Assembly (NCBI GenBank): GCA_036676495.1 | Contig: JAKFCT010000031.1 | Coordinates: 23,642-87,641 of the forward strand | DNA: 64,000 nt | From: Candidatus Sericytochromatia bacterium | GTDB taxonomy: Bacteria; Cyanobacteriota; Sericytochromatia; S15B-MN24; UBA4093 | Reading direction: 5' to 3' | Shown here: positions 26,433 to 36,958 of the stretch, in pieces | Layout: each line of letters begins with the position of its first letter | Numbering within the stretch: position 1 is the first letter of the stretch | Position numbers and translations under genes: made by a program | The notes under the pieces: generated by a model | The model's database searches: none | Told to the model about the DNA's origin: nothing | Seen by the model: the letters and a program-made list of their open reading frames with translations, nothing else

Positions 26433-29400
26433 TTAGAATCTCAACTGCGCCTTCAGCGTGATCGGCACGTTCACCGAGACCCCATCGAGCTTCCAGTCAT
26501 AGAGGGCGGGCTGCTGTCCCAGGCCGGGAAGGCCGTTGTCCAGACCCGCCTGCAAGGACCAGATCGAGCTCAAGCGGTAGTTCAGGCCCACCTGGTAGTA
26601 GTTCTGGGTCGCGTTATCCTGGCCCGTATGGTTCCCGTTGATCGTGTAGCGCGCGTTCAGCGACAACGGCCCCAGCGGCCGCGTCTGGCCATACAGCGAC
26701 AGGTTCGGAAGCAGCTCCTGAGCCGCCTGCTGGGCCTGGGTCCCCGAGACCAGATCCATGCGGAACTCCTCGAGGAAACGCTTGCTGCCGGTCTCGACCA
26801 GCCAGTCGTCGAGCGCGGTGTTCACGAACTGGCCCACCCCGCTCGAGATGAACTCGGTCACCTCCCGGCGCAGGATGTCTCCCGTCTGCGGGCCACCGGA
26901 ATCCCCCCGGAACGTGCTCGTGATCAGGCTCTCCTTGCCCAGGACCTTGAGGATCCGATCCTGCGACAGCGGAGGGTTGCTCTCGAAGTTGATCTCCATG
27001 TTCGAGAGCGAGCCCGTCACGTGGGCGATCACGTTCAGGTAATCGGGCTCGGCCTTGTTCTTGACCGCGATGAAGTCTTCCCCGTTGTAATCCCAGACCC
27101 GCGCCTGGGCCTTGATGTCCAGGCGCGCGTTGGGAAGCTTGGACTTGCCGCCCAGGCTGTTCCCCGCCGGAGCCAGGATGTCCATGAAGTCGTCATTCTC
27201 CGCCGCCAGGCCCGCTCCCAGGAACTCCACCCGGCCCACGGGATCGGAGACGATCCGGAAGTCGGTGTTCACCGTGGTGAACGATCCGCTGCGCACCAGG
27301 ATCACGCCCTTGGGCTGCGGATCGTCGAGCATGCCGTTGACGATCAGGTTCCCGGCCACGGTCACGTCCATCTTCATGGTCGCTCGGTCCGTCAGCGCCG
27401 AGCCCATCGAGACCTGCACGCCGGTGCCCAGCTGGACCGTCAGATCCTTGAGGGTCACCGGGATCATCTCGGCGGGGGCCGCCGCGTTGGGGTCCTCGCC
27501 GCTGGGCAACTGCACCGTCCCGCGGCTCAGGGCGATGATGCCGCTGATGACCGGATGATCCGGCTTGCCGGTCACCTCCAGCGTCGCCCCGGTCATGCCC
27601 TGGTAGAGCTTGTTTTTAAGCTTGAGATCGACCTGGTTGACGGAGACCTGGAAGCGCATGTCCTGAGGCTTGAATTCCTTGGTCATCGCGAGGTTTCCGG
27701 AGGCCACGATGCGCCCGCCGCCGTACTGGGCCGTGGCCCGCTGCACGAGGACGCCCTTCGGACCGATGCTGGCCGAGGCCACCACGTTGGTGAGGGGCCC
27801 TTCCAGCGCCTTGATGCCGATCGACCCGCCCTGGAGATCCAGGCCGCCCGTCAGCTTCGGCTCTTCGAGCGTCCCGCGCAGCGCCAGCTTCATGGAGCCG
27901 GGGCCGCCGAGCCATTCGACTTCGCCCTTGGTGACGACCGACACCAGCCCGAGGCTCTCGCCGTCGAGGTCCATGTCCATGGTGATCGCATCGTTGCCGG
28001 GGGTGGCCGGAAGCGGCAGGCTTCCCGTGATATGCGCCGCCCGCCCGTCCTTGATGATCTCCGACGACTGGATGGAGAGGCGGCCTTCGGTGTAGAGGGC
28101 TTTCGCGCGCGCCTGATCGTAGGCGAACTCGTTGAGGAGACCCTTGTTGACCTCGGCGGTGATGTCGACATGGGGATCGCTGAGCGTGCCCTTCGCGCGC
28201 AGCGTCACGCCGGCGCGGCCTCCGAGAGTCAATTCCTGGGCCTGCATCCACGGGTTGATCCAGGCCAGATCCAGCCGATCTCCGTAGACCTCCAGCATCT
28301 GATCCGGGCCCAGGATGCCCTTGGCGTAGACGGAGCCGCCGTCCTCGGACGAGACCGAGAGGTAGGGGACGAGGAGGCGATCGTCCTTCAGCGCCAGCGA
28401 GACCTGCGCGGTCTCCAGCCGGTGCCCGTAGGCCTTGCCGTGGCGGACATGCGCGCGAAGCCGCATGTCCGGAGCGCTCACGGGCCCCGTGATCGCGTAG
28501 TCCATGGACAGCCGGCCTTCAAACGCCTGCCAGAACGGTCGGCGCGACGCCAGGAAGAGCTCGTTCGACGGCAGTGGCTCTTTCTTCGCCTCCTTCCAGT
28601 GATCCAGGAGGGGGGCGAACGACGACGGCAGCGTCCCATCGAGCAGCGGCTGGCCTTCCCGGCCCGGAAGATCGCCCGCCGGAGTTCCAGGCCCCAGCGA
28701 CGCGTCCACCATCCGGCGGCCGATCCAGGTCCCTCGCAGCAACTGCTGCCAGTGCACGGCCTCCATGATCTGGCGGAGGTTGGCGTCGATGGTCGTGACG
28801 GTCAGATCCGCCACCGGATCCTTTTGCGTGCCGTCGCGGAGCCCCGAGAAGTCGAGGTCTCCCTTCACCAGGATCTCGGCGTCATCCCCCTGAGAGCCCA
28901 GCTCCGGCTTGGCGCGAAGCTCCGGCAGGGTGAGCCGGTCGTGGCCGTAGTAGATGGGACCCCAGACCCGCTCCAGCTCTCCGAAGCGCTCGGCGTCCAC
29001 CTTGGTGGCCTCCACGTCGCCCTTGAGGCGCAGGGCCTGGTTCTGGCTCTCCGCATGGGCCGTGAGGGTCACGAGGCCGCGCACCATGCCCAGGTCGTGC
29101 ACCAGGAGGCGTTGCAGCGGCTCGACGTCCCCGGCCTCGACGTCCTTGACCGCCAGGTCGAAACTGAAATCGGGAATCGATTCGGCGGTCTCCGGCAGCA
29201 TGAGGTGGCCGGAGCCCGTCACCGAGCCGCCGCCGGTCTTGCCCTCCACCAGGGGAAGATCCAGCCGCTTGCCGGCGAAGCTCCAGCGGACCAGCGCCTC
29301 GGTGATCTCCTGGCCGTCGATGATGACGCGCGGCCCCATCGCCTTGCCCGAAACCCGGATCGACTCCGGCACCTGGGCGTTGCCCCCGATCAGCCCTTCG

Positions 29401-31133
29401 GCCGTGACCGAGCCGGCCATGGGAATTTCCACGCCCATCGACGCTAGCCGGTCGAGCGGGAAATCCACCACCTGGAAGCGGCCCGTGACGCTCCCGCCCT
29501 CGTTGCCCATCGCCGTGGCCGTGAGGCTGCCTCCGGCCAATTGGACGAGCGCCTCCGGCACCTCCCAGCGCTTCCCGTTCAGATGAAACGCTCCCGAGAC
29601 CGCCTCGATGTTCTGGGAGGCATAGCCGCCGTTCAGCACTTCGGCCCGTCCCCGGACGTCCAGGTTCGTCGCCGGTCCCGAGACCACCACGGAGCCCGAG
29701 GCCGAGCCCTGCAAGGGCAATGGCGCCTCCAGGTACGGGGCCACCAGCGCGGGAAGGTTCACGCCCTGCCAGGAAGCGGTGGTCTCCACGTGCAGATCGC
29801 CTTCCGGGGTGCCCGGCTTGCCCGTCCCGAAGCGCAGCCGGGTCGCGCCGTCCACCCGGCCGCCGTGGACGGTGCCGGTCCACGCCGGGATCGTGACGGC
29901 CATGTCCTGGTAGCGCACCTGGCCGGAGACCTGCTGGAGGTCCTGCTTCACGATCTGGGCCTGCGGCACCTGTACGTCCGCCGTCACCACCGGATCGGCC
30001 GCGTAGCCGCTCACCTGGCCCGCGACCTCCGCCGTGCCGGAAAGCCCGTACTGATCGAGATCCTTCACCAGCGGTTCGAGGGATTTGAGATCCACTCCCT
30101 GCGCCGTGTAAGCGATGTCGAGCGTGGGGCCCGTCGTCTTGGAGTTCGGCACCCAGGGCCGGTCGATCCCCAGCACCTTGCCGGCGCCGGTGACGCGGTT
30201 GCCTTCGAGCTGCGCCTGGACCCGCTCGAGGGTGACTTCCTTGAGGTCGAAGCGGGCCTCGCCCTCGATGGCCTTGACCGGCCTCAGGAGGTTGCGGACC
30301 TCGAGCTCGGCTCCTTGCACCTGGACCTGGCCGTTCACGGCGAGGGTCTCGATCCGGGTGGGATCCTCCCATTTGACGTCGACCTGGGCCTGGGCTTCCC
30401 CCCGCGTGGCCCACCAGTCCTGGGAGGGCGCGAGGTAGGTCACCCAGCGCGGGACGTCGATCTGGCCGACCTCCGCCGCGACCGCGCCGGAGCCTCCCTT
30501 GAGACGGTAATGCCCCTTCACCTGAAGGGGGCTGCTGAGTTCCTTGCCGTTGCCGCTGAACGTCAGGACGGAATCGACGAGATCGGCCCGCGCCGAGATG
30601 CCCTTCAGGCTCGCCTCGAAGGGGGCCTTGCGCTGGTAATGGTCCGTCCAGCGGATCATGCCGCCGTGCGCGACGATCCGGATGGGAGGAAGAAGCGGCG
30701 GCTCCCAGGCCTCCCCGGTGGACGGCTTGAACTTGGGCTGGTAGCTGATCTGGCCCCGCGCGTCGCGCGCGAGGAGGACCCGCGCGCCGTAGACCTCCAC
30801 CTGGACGGGCTTGTCGCCCAGCTTGAGGATCTCGAGGATCGAGTAGCTGGCGCGCACCTCGGGGGCGAAGGCGATGAGCGGGGCGTTCTCGGCGTCAGAG
30901 CCGTAGACCTTCACGTCGCGAAGGCTCATGCCTCCCCAGAGGGGACCCGTGATCCGTCCCACCTTGATGGGGACCCCGACGGCCTCGGAGGCGGCGCGCT
31001 CGACTTCCACGAGGGCTTCGCTCAGCAGCCGATTGCGGTTCTGATAGGTCCAGACGCCCAGCGCCAGCAGCACCGCCACGATCAGGGACGTGACGACGAG
31101 GAGGATCTGGTTGAGTCGGTTGAAGATGGTCAA
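26433..31133 (-). CDS. tamB: TamB/AsmA-family (DUF490) translocation-assembly/lipid transport protein
   Basis: N-terminal TM anchor, ~1500 aa of repeated beta-taco strands, C-terminal PxLD..A and F.SNPPLSQ..IL..L pattern. Confidence 0.8.
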   Translation of the reverse strand: MTIFNRLNQILLVVTSLIVAVLLALGVWTYQNRNRLLSEALVEVERAASEAVGVPIKVGRITGPLWGGMSLRDVKVYGSDAENAPLIAFAPEVRASYSILEILKLGDKPVQVEVYGARVLLARDARGQISYQPKFKPSTGEAWEPPLLPPIRIVAHGGMIRWTDHYQRKAPFEASLKGISARADLVDSVLTFSGNGKELSSPLQVKGHYRLKGGSGAVAAEVGQIDVPRWVTYLAPSQDWWATRGEAQAQVDVKWEDPTRIETLAVNGQVQVQGAELEVRNLLRPVKAIEGEARFDLKEVTLERVQAQLEGNRVTGAGKVLGIDRPWVPNSKTTGPTLDIAYTAQGVDLKSLEPLVKDLDQYGLSGTAEVAGQVSGYAADPVVTADVQVPQAQIVKQDLQQVSGQVRYQDMAVTIPAWTGTVHGGRVDGATRLRFGTGKPGTPEGDLHVETTASWQGVNLPALVAPYLEAPLPLQGSASGSVVVSGPATNLDVRGRAEVLNGGYASQNIEAVSGAFHLNGKRWEVPEALVQLAGGSLTATAMGNEGGSVTGRFQVVDFPLDRLASMGVEIPMAGSVTAEGLIGGNAQVPESIRVSGKAMGPRVIIDGQEITEALVRWSFAGKRLDLPLVEGKTGGGSVTGSGHLMLPETAESIPDFSFDLAVKDVEAGDVEPLQRLLVHDLGMVRGLVTLTAHAESQNQALRLKGDVEATKVDAERFGELERVWGPIYYGHDRLTLPELRAKPELGSQGDDAEILVKGDLDFSGLRDGTQKDPVADLTVTTIDANLRQIMEAVHWQQLLRGTWIGRRMVDASLGPGTPAGDLPGREGQPLLDGTLPSSFAPLLDHWKEAKKEPLPSNELFLASRRPFWQAFEGRLSMDYAITGPVSAPDMRLRAHVRHGKAYGHRLETAQVSLALKDDRLLVPYLSVSSEDGGSVYAKGILGPDQMLEVYGDRLDLAWINPWMQAQELTLGGRAGVTLRAKGTLSDPHVDITAEVNKGLLNEFAYDQARAKALYTEGRLSIQSSEIIKDGRAAHITGSLPLPATPGNDAITMDMDLDGESLGLVSVVTKGEVEWLGGPGSMKLALRGTLEEPKLTGGLDLQGGSIGIKALEGPLTNVVASASIGPKGVLVQRATAQYGGGRIVASGNLAMTKEFKPQDMRFQVSVNQVDLKLKNKLYQGMTGATLEVTGKPDHPVISGIIALSRGTVQLPSGEDPNAAAPAEMIPVTLKDLTVQLGTGVQVSMGSALTDRATMKMDVTVAGNLIVNGMLDDPQPKGVILVRSGSFTTVNTDFRIVSDPVGRVEFLGAGLAAENDDFMDILAPAGNSLGGKSKLPNARLDIKAQARVWDYNGEDFIAVKNKAEPDYLNVIAHVTGSLSNMEINFESNPPLSQDRILKVLGKESLITSTFRGDSGGPQTGDILRREVTEFISSGVGQFVNTALDDWLVETGSKRFLEEFRMDLVSGTQAQQAAQELLPNLSLYGQTRPLGPLSLNARYTINGNHTGQDNATQNYYQVGLNYRLSSIWSLQAGLDNGLPGLGQQPALYDWKLDGVSVNVPITLKAQLRF

Positions 31134-31534
31134 GAAAACCGCTCGCTATTCCCTGGACTCGTTCGCAGGCTCCATTATACAAGCCCGAGCCCCCTCTTAA
31201 ACGCGGTAATGCGCCTCACAGGAGTGTCTCTTCCATGCTTTGACATGGCGTCTCCCCGTGATGAAGGACGGGTTTCGCCGGCGATTCGTTCCCTTCACGA
31301 AGGTTCACACGACCCTCGCTATGCAGATACCAAGCCGCTTCACGAGCGGATATGACCTGATTAACCCTCTCTCACTCGCAAAACATAAGTTCACCGCCAC
31401 CCCCCTTTAGACCCGGGAAAGAGGGGGTAAACGATGCACGGACAGGACGGCCTGAGCGTTCTGTGAAGGAAGTCTAAGCGTCTCGTCTCGCGGAGTTTCC
31501 GCAGGGGATGCAGCGATGAAAGGATTCCCGACGA

Positions 31535-33121
31535 TTGATTAAGCAGCTTGATAGATTCCGGTCTCGGAAGTCCCTGACCAAACCTGCGCTGGCCGCCTCG
31601 GTCGCCGTTCTGATGTTGGCAGGGTGTGGACAGGGCGCCGTCACGGCCCCGGGGATGGGGAGCCTGGGCAGCGCGGACGGCGTACCCCAGGTCAAGGCCG
31701 GCGCGCCGACCGTGAACGGCTCCGGGATCAAGGTCTACGTCAACGACGTCACGCACGCGGCCAATTCCTTCGTGCTCGCGACCAACCGCAACCACGTCAC
31801 CAACAACTTCCCCAACGGCGCCGCCAAGCTGGAGAAGCTCAAGGAGCTGCGCCCGCGCTGGGGGCAGGGCCGCTACATGTACCGGATCGGCCACGGCCCC
31901 ACCGACGGTCGCCATGACTACAACTACATGACCGGCTACCACTTCGAGCAGCACTGGAACAAGGACGGCGGCTACCCGTACGACGATATCCGCAACGGCC
32001 TCAAGGAGGCCAACGCGCTGGACGCCGAGCAGCTTCACGTCGTGAACTTCGGCACCGGCTCTCCCGAGGAGGCGGCGCGCTACGTCTCGTATCTCAACAA
32101 CCCCAACGACGCCAACCGGGCCAAGTACCCCTACCCGGTCCAGAACGCCAAGTTCTTCGAGATCGGCAACGAGATCTCCTGGTCCAAGGTCCGCGGCCAC
32201 AAGGAGTACGCCTCGACCGACATCAAGTACGCCCAGCGGGCCAAGCAGTTCGCCCAGGCCATGCGCAAGGCGTCGCCGACTCCCATCTCGATCGGGGCCG
32301 TCGCCTCGACCAACTCCAACTTCATGGGTGAAGGCTGGGCCCCAGGCGCGGCCGGCGTCCGGAACATCCTCCAGACCATGGGTGACGACGTGGACTTCCT
32401 GATCTACCACGGCTACCCCAGCTACCCGATGGCGACCAAGGGCGGCGATCGCCTCAGCATCATGGCCCAGAACGCCTGGAACGAGCGGAAGTACACCAAG
32501 GAGATCATCCCGGCCATCAAGCAGTACGCGAAGAAGCCCGTGCGGCTCGCCAATACCGAGTTCTTCACCGAGATCTACAACGACGTCAAGCTCGCCCGCG
32601 GCATGTTCGGAGCCCTCTACGCCGCCGACACCGTGACCCTCGCGATGAACCTCGACATGCTGGTCGCCAACCAGTTCGGCCTCGATCACGGGGACATGTC
32701 GGACGCCTCGTTCTTCGTCGGCAACGACCCCAACCGGGTCACCACCATCTTCATGTTCCAGAAGATGCTGGCCGAGCACTGGGGCGACGGCATGCTCAAG
32801 ACCGAGGGCGTGAACATTCCGACCCAGTTCGTGAAGGGATCCTCGGATTCCATCGACATGCCCAAGCTGGCCTATACCGCCTCCAAGGGTAGGAACGGCA
32901 AGATCTACGTGATGGTCACCAACCGCACGAACGACTCCGACGTGACCACCAGCGTCGGGCTGGGGCTCACCCCCCGCTCCGTCGCGGCTTACGAGCTCAA
33001 GGGCCCGTCGGGCTGGAACTCGGACCACCATGACGCCGCGGTCACGACCAAGCAGGTGAGCCTGGCCCGCCCCTACACCTTCCCGAAGGCCTCGATCACC
33101 ATCCTCGAGATCACCCCATAG
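31535..33121 (+). CDS. Lipoprotein glycoside hydrolase, clan GH-A (GH51/GH39/GH79-like)
   Basis: Lipobox LAG|C; VNFGTGSPEEAARYVSY; FFEIGNE acid/base; LANTEF nucleophile; C-terminal beta-sandwich ending PKASITILEI. Confidence 0.78.
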   Translation: MIKQLDRFRSRKSLTKPALAASVAVLMLAGCGQGAVTAPGMGSLGSADGVPQVKAGAPTVNGSGIKVYVNDVTHAANSFVLATNRNHVTNNFPNGAAKLEKLKELRPRWGQGRYMYRIGHGPTDGRHDYNYMTGYHFEQHWNKDGGYPYDDIRNGLKEANALDAEQLHVVNFGTGSPEEAARYVSYLNNPNDANRAKYPYPVQNAKFFEIGNEISWSKVRGHKEYASTDIKYAQRAKQFAQAMRKASPTPISIGAVASTNSNFMGEGWAPGAAGVRNILQTMGDDVDFLIYHGYPSYPMATKGGDRLSIMAQNAWNERKYTKEIIPAIKQYAKKPVRLANTEFFTEIYNDVKLARGMFGALYAADTVTLAMNLDMLVANQFGLDHGDMSDASFFVGNDPNRVTTIFMFQKMLAEHWGDGMLKTEGVNIPTQFVKGSSDSIDMPKLAYTASKGRNGKIYVMVTNRTNDSDVTTSVGLGLTPRSVAAYELKGPSGWNSDHHDAAVTTKQVSLARPYTFPKASITILEITP

Positions 33122-33141
33122 AACGGCCGCAGGCCGATGCG

Positions 33142-33239
33142 TTGTCCCGCCCCCCCTTGATGGGGGGGCGCCGGCATAGCCGGCAGGGGGGTGTTACTGC
33201 CCCAGGTTCCTTGCCCCCCGTCAAGGGGGGGCAAGACAA
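33142..33239. repeat. Palindromic intergenic repeat, copy 2
   Basis: ttgtc..ccccccttgatggggggg ... ccccccgtcaagggggg..gacaa; core gtgttactgccccaggttccttg matches the reverse complement of 26342-26365. Confidence 0.72.
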
Positions 33240-33365
33240 GGAAGATGAGGCCGAATCCCCGGCCCATGTTTGGCGGGTTCCGCCAAGGCGTTTCTTCCTG
33301 CCGTCCCCTAGGCTGGTCTGCGGAGTTCCCTTCGGCGCAAGTTGCCGATCAACCGGGAGGGTGCC

Positions 33366-35099
33366 ATGCCGATTACTCGTTCTCCCTGGAGTCAGGTGCG
33401 TTCCAGCCTGGAGACCACCGTGGGCGACGCGATCATCGAGACCCTGATCGACTGGGGCATCGACACGGTCTTCGGCATCCCCGGCGACAACGCCGACGGC
33501 CTCATGGGCGGCCTGCTGAAGCACCGGGACCGGATCCGCTTCGTGCTGGTCCGGCACGAGGAGAACGCCGCCTTCATGGCGACGGCGCATTACAAGCTGA
33601 CGGGAAAGATGGCCGCTTGCCTCACGACCGCGGGGCCGGGCGCCTTCCATCTCATCAACGGCCTCTACGAGGCCTTCCATGACAAGATCCCCGTCCTGGC
33701 CCTGACCGGCAATGCGGACAGCTTCGCGATCGGCACCGATCAGGTGCAGGAGTTCATCCCGGAGAAGGACTTCGCGGGGTGCACGGTCTGGGCGCGGATG
33801 CTCGCCGGCGCGAAGAACGCCCGGATCGTGACCTCCAGCGCGATCCGCACGGCGTATGCCCGCAGCGGGCCGGCGTTACTTTCCGTGCCCGTGGACATCG
33901 GGCTGGCGGTCTTGCCCAAGGAGGCCCCGCGGGCCGATCACCAGTTCTCGCCGCCGACCCTGGTGCCGGATCCCGAGATGCTCGCGCGGATCGTGGAGGC
34001 CCTCGATCGCAGCGAGCGGCCGATCCTCATGATCGGCCGCGGCACCTGGGGGTTGGGGCATGCGCTCGTGCAACTGGCCGACAAGCTCGGAGCCCCGATC
34101 CTCAAGGCGCTCTGGGGCAAGGAATCCGTTTCCGACGACGATCCCCATGTCCTCGGCGGCCTGGGCCTCCTGGGCACCCGGCCATCGGTCGAGGCCGTCG
34201 CGCAGGCGGATCTCCTGCTGCTGCTGGGGACGTCCTTCCCGTACACCGACTTCCTGCCCGATCCCGGCCGCTGCCTGGTGATCCAGGTGGATCAGGATCC
34301 CTCTCAGATCGGCAAGCGCTACCCCGTGGATCTCGGGCTCTGCGCGGATGTGCACCGGCTCGTGCCCGAGCTGCTGGCGCGGGCTCGCCGCCACGACGAT
34401 CGGCGCTGGCTCGGGGGCCTCCAGAAATCCCGCGCCCAGTGGAACGCGCTCATGGAGCGCCAGGCGACCAGCGACCGCACGCCCATGCGCCCCCAGGTCA
34501 TGGCGCGCGCCCTGAGGGCCTGCGCGGCGGAGGACGCCATCATCGTCACCGATTCCGGGGCCAATACCGTCTGGATGGCGCGCAACTTCTTCGTCAACGG
34601 CCGGCAGCGCTTCATCGGCTCCGGCCTCATGGCCACCATGCAGTGCGGGCTTCCCTATGCCATCGGCGCCAAGTTCGCCTGTCCCGACAAGCAGGTGATC
34701 GCGGGCCTGGGCGACGGGGACTTCGTCATGTGCATGGGGGAGTTCACCACGGCCGTGAAGTACCAGCTCCCCATCGTCGTCTGCATCTTCAACAACTCCA
34801 AGCTGGCGCTGATCAAGTACGAGGAGATGGTGGCGGGAGTGCCGGAGTTCGGCATCCACTTCATCAACCCGGACTTCGTGAAGTTCGCGGAGGCCTGCGG
34901 CGGCTTCGGGGTTCGGGTCGAGGATCCCCGGGACGCCGAGGATGCGGTCAGGGCGGCGATCGCCTCCGGCAAGCCCGCCCTGATCGACGCCATCGTCGAA
35001 CCCAACGAAGTCCCCTTCCCGCCCAAGATCGAGCGCGGCCAGGCCACCGGCTTCGGGATCGCCTTCCTGCGCGAGCAGTTCGCCAAGATCACCGAGTAA
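33366..35099 (+). CDS. TPP-dependent pyruvate oxidase/dehydrogenase (PoxB/CidC-like)
   Basis: GIPGD, VRHEENAAFMA, GPGAFHLINGLY, LLLLGTSFPY, TPP motif GDGDF...NN. Confidence 0.9.
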   Translation: MPITRSPWSQVRSSLETTVGDAIIETLIDWGIDTVFGIPGDNADGLMGGLLKHRDRIRFVLVRHEENAAFMATAHYKLTGKMAACLTTAGPGAFHLINGLYEAFHDKIPVLALTGNADSFAIGTDQVQEFIPEKDFAGCTVWARMLAGAKNARIVTSSAIRTAYARSGPALLSVPVDIGLAVLPKEAPRADHQFSPPTLVPDPEMLARIVEALDRSERPILMIGRGTWGLGHALVQLADKLGAPILKALWGKESVSDDDPHVLGGLGLLGTRPSVEAVAQADLLLLLGTSFPYTDFLPDPGRCLVIQVDQDPSQIGKRYPVDLGLCADVHRLVPELLARARRHDDRRWLGGLQKSRAQWNALMERQATSDRTPMRPQVMARALRACAAEDAIIVTDSGANTVWMARNFFVNGRQRFIGSGLMATMQCGLPYAIGAKFACPDKQVIAGLGDGDFVMCMGEFTTAVKYQLPIVVCIFNNSKLALIKYEEMVAGVPEFGIHFINPDFVKFAEACGGFGVRVEDPRDAEDAVRAAIASGKPALIDAIVEPNEVPFPPKIERGQATGFGIAFLREQFAKITE

Positions 35100-35101
35100 G
35101 G

Positions 35102-35275
35102 CTAGTCTCTCCTCCGGTTCAGCCAGAACGCCAACCCGCCGGCCGCGAGCGTCGCCACCAGCGCGGCGCCCCAGCGCCGGCGGTGCATGCGCTGGTAGAC
35201 CCCGAGGTAAGGCAACATGCTCACGCCCTCTTCGATCGGGTTCCGGGCTTCCCGCGCTTCCCGCAAGGTCTTCAT
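35102..35275 (-). CDS. 57-aa hypothetical protein with C-terminal membrane anchor
   Basis: SD ggaggtgga before ATG 35275; ends WGAALVATLAAGGLAFWLNRRRD. Confidence 0.55.
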   Translation of the reverse strand: MKTLREAREARNPIEEGVSMLPYLGVYQRMHRRRWGAALVATLAAGGLAFWLNRRRD

Positions 35276-35414
35276 GGCTCCACCTCCCCCCACGTCGTCG
35301 CGTCCAGCATAGGGAGCCGGGAGGGGGACGGCAAGCCCCGTCCGGGCGTTACGGTCCCGGCGGGGAGAATCCAGCCATCGCGGGCCTCCTTGTGAAACCG
35401 CCGCACCGCGGGCG

Positions 35415-36413
35415 CTAGCCCTTGCGGCGGGCCCATGCCGTGGCGAGGCCGGCCGCTCCGAGGCCTGCGAGGGCCAGCTTCCCGCGGTTGAGCGTGCCCC
35501 AGAGCTGGACGGAATAGGGCGACGCGCAGTGGTCGAAGGCTCCGTGCGCTCCGTAGTCGCGCTCCTCGTCGGCCGGCTCCCAGAGGTTGCAAGGCTGCAT
35601 CTCGAGGGAAGGCTCGCGGGTTTGCTGGGAGCGGTAGCCGATGCTTCCCAGGTAGCGATCGAGCAAACCGGGAGCGAGCTTCTGGCCGAAGATGGCGGCC
35701 ATGGTGGACATGCCCACGTAGACCTCGCGGCGCTCATGGTCGGCGGCCCAGAGGATGGCCTCGGCGGCGACCTCGGGCTGGAAGATGGGGGGGACGGGCT
35801 GGGACTGGTGAGGGAGGCGGCTCTTCTCCCAGTCGAACTGCGGGGTGTTGAGGGCGGGCATCTGGACCATGGTCACGCGGACGTTGCTGTCGTCGTGCTC
35901 CAGCTCGCAGCGAAGAGAGTCGGTGAAGCCCGCGATGGCGTGCTTGGCGGCGCAGTACGCCGATTGCAGGGGGATGCTCCGGTAAGCCAGGGCGGATCCC
36001 ACCTGCACGATCACCCCGCGATCGCGCGGTTTCATGCGCTTCAAGGCGGCGAGCGTCCCGTAGACGTAGCCCAGGTAGGTGACCTCGGTGACGCGCCGGA
36101 ACTCGGCGGCCGTCATCTCGGAGATGGGAGAGAAGACCGAGACCATGGCGTTGTTGACCCAGACGTCGATCGGCCCGAACTTCTCCTCGACCTCCTGGGC
36201 CGCCTCCTCGATCCGATCGGCATCCGAGACGTCGCCTTTCAGGATGAGCGCTTCTCCGCCGGCCGCCTCGACGTCCCGGCGGGAGCCTTCGAGGCCTGCC
36301 GTCCCCCGGGCGATCAGGCCGATGCGAGCCCCCCGCTTGGCGAAGGCGATCGCCGTCGCCCTCCCCACTCCGGCCGAGGCTCCCGTGATGACGACCACCT
36401 GCCGCTCGGTCAT
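35415..36413 (-). CDS. SDR-family oxidoreductase with C-terminal anchor
   Basis: TGASAGVG Rossmann motif, VNNA, catalytic YCAAK. Confidence 0.93.
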   Translation of the reverse strand: MTERQVVVITGASAGVGRATAIAFAKRGARIGLIARGTAGLEGSRRDVEAAGGEALILKGDVSDADRIEEAAQEVEEKFGPIDVWVNNAMVSVFSPISEMTAAEFRRVTEVTYLGYVYGTLAALKRMKPRDRGVIVQVGSALAYRSIPLQSAYCAAKHAIAGFTDSLRCELEHDDSNVRVTMVQMPALNTPQFDWEKSRLPHQSQPVPPIFQPEVAAEAILWAADHERREVYVGMSTMAAIFGQKLAPGLLDRYLGSIGYRSQQTREPSLEMQPCNLWEPADEERDYGAHGAFDHCASPYSVQLWGTLNRGKLALAGLGAAGLATAWARRKG

Positions 36414-36758
36414 GGCTTCACCCCTTTCGGATCGCTTTTCGGGTCCATGGGCGTCCTCCTCACGGGACGAACTTGGCGGCGTCCGGGCCCTTGAACTCGA
36501 GACCGGTCCGGGCCGGGGGCGGTCGGGGCGGGATCCCTGAGGTCGTTGATGCGGAGGTGCCGGGTCCGGCGGGCGGGAACGGTGATCCGGTAGGGGCCGA
36601 CGGGCTCGCGATCGCAAGCCGATCGCGAGCCCCTCGCTCCCGCGCTGGGCACGTCCCGGCGCGATGCCCGCAGTATGACCCCGGGCGCGACGGCTTCGGC
36701 TGTCCAGTTTGACTGAAATTTGGGCCGGGACGGCGGCAGGAGGACCGGACGGAGAACG

Positions 36759-36789
36759 AAAAAAACCGGCCTCCCCTTGGGGAGACCGG
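36759..36789 (-). terminator. Terminator after tRNA-fMet
   Basis: ccggcctccccttggggagaccgg hairpin plus T7 tract on the minus strand. Confidence 0.8.
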
Positions 36790-36793
36790 CTGA

Positions 36794-36868
<75 letters not shown>

Positions 36869-36958
36869 TCGATGGATCTACTTTACCACGCCTTATCCGG
36901 GAGATCAAGTCGCTTTGGACAAATTTCCCTCCCCGCCGCGGCCTTGAAACCCTCGCCG

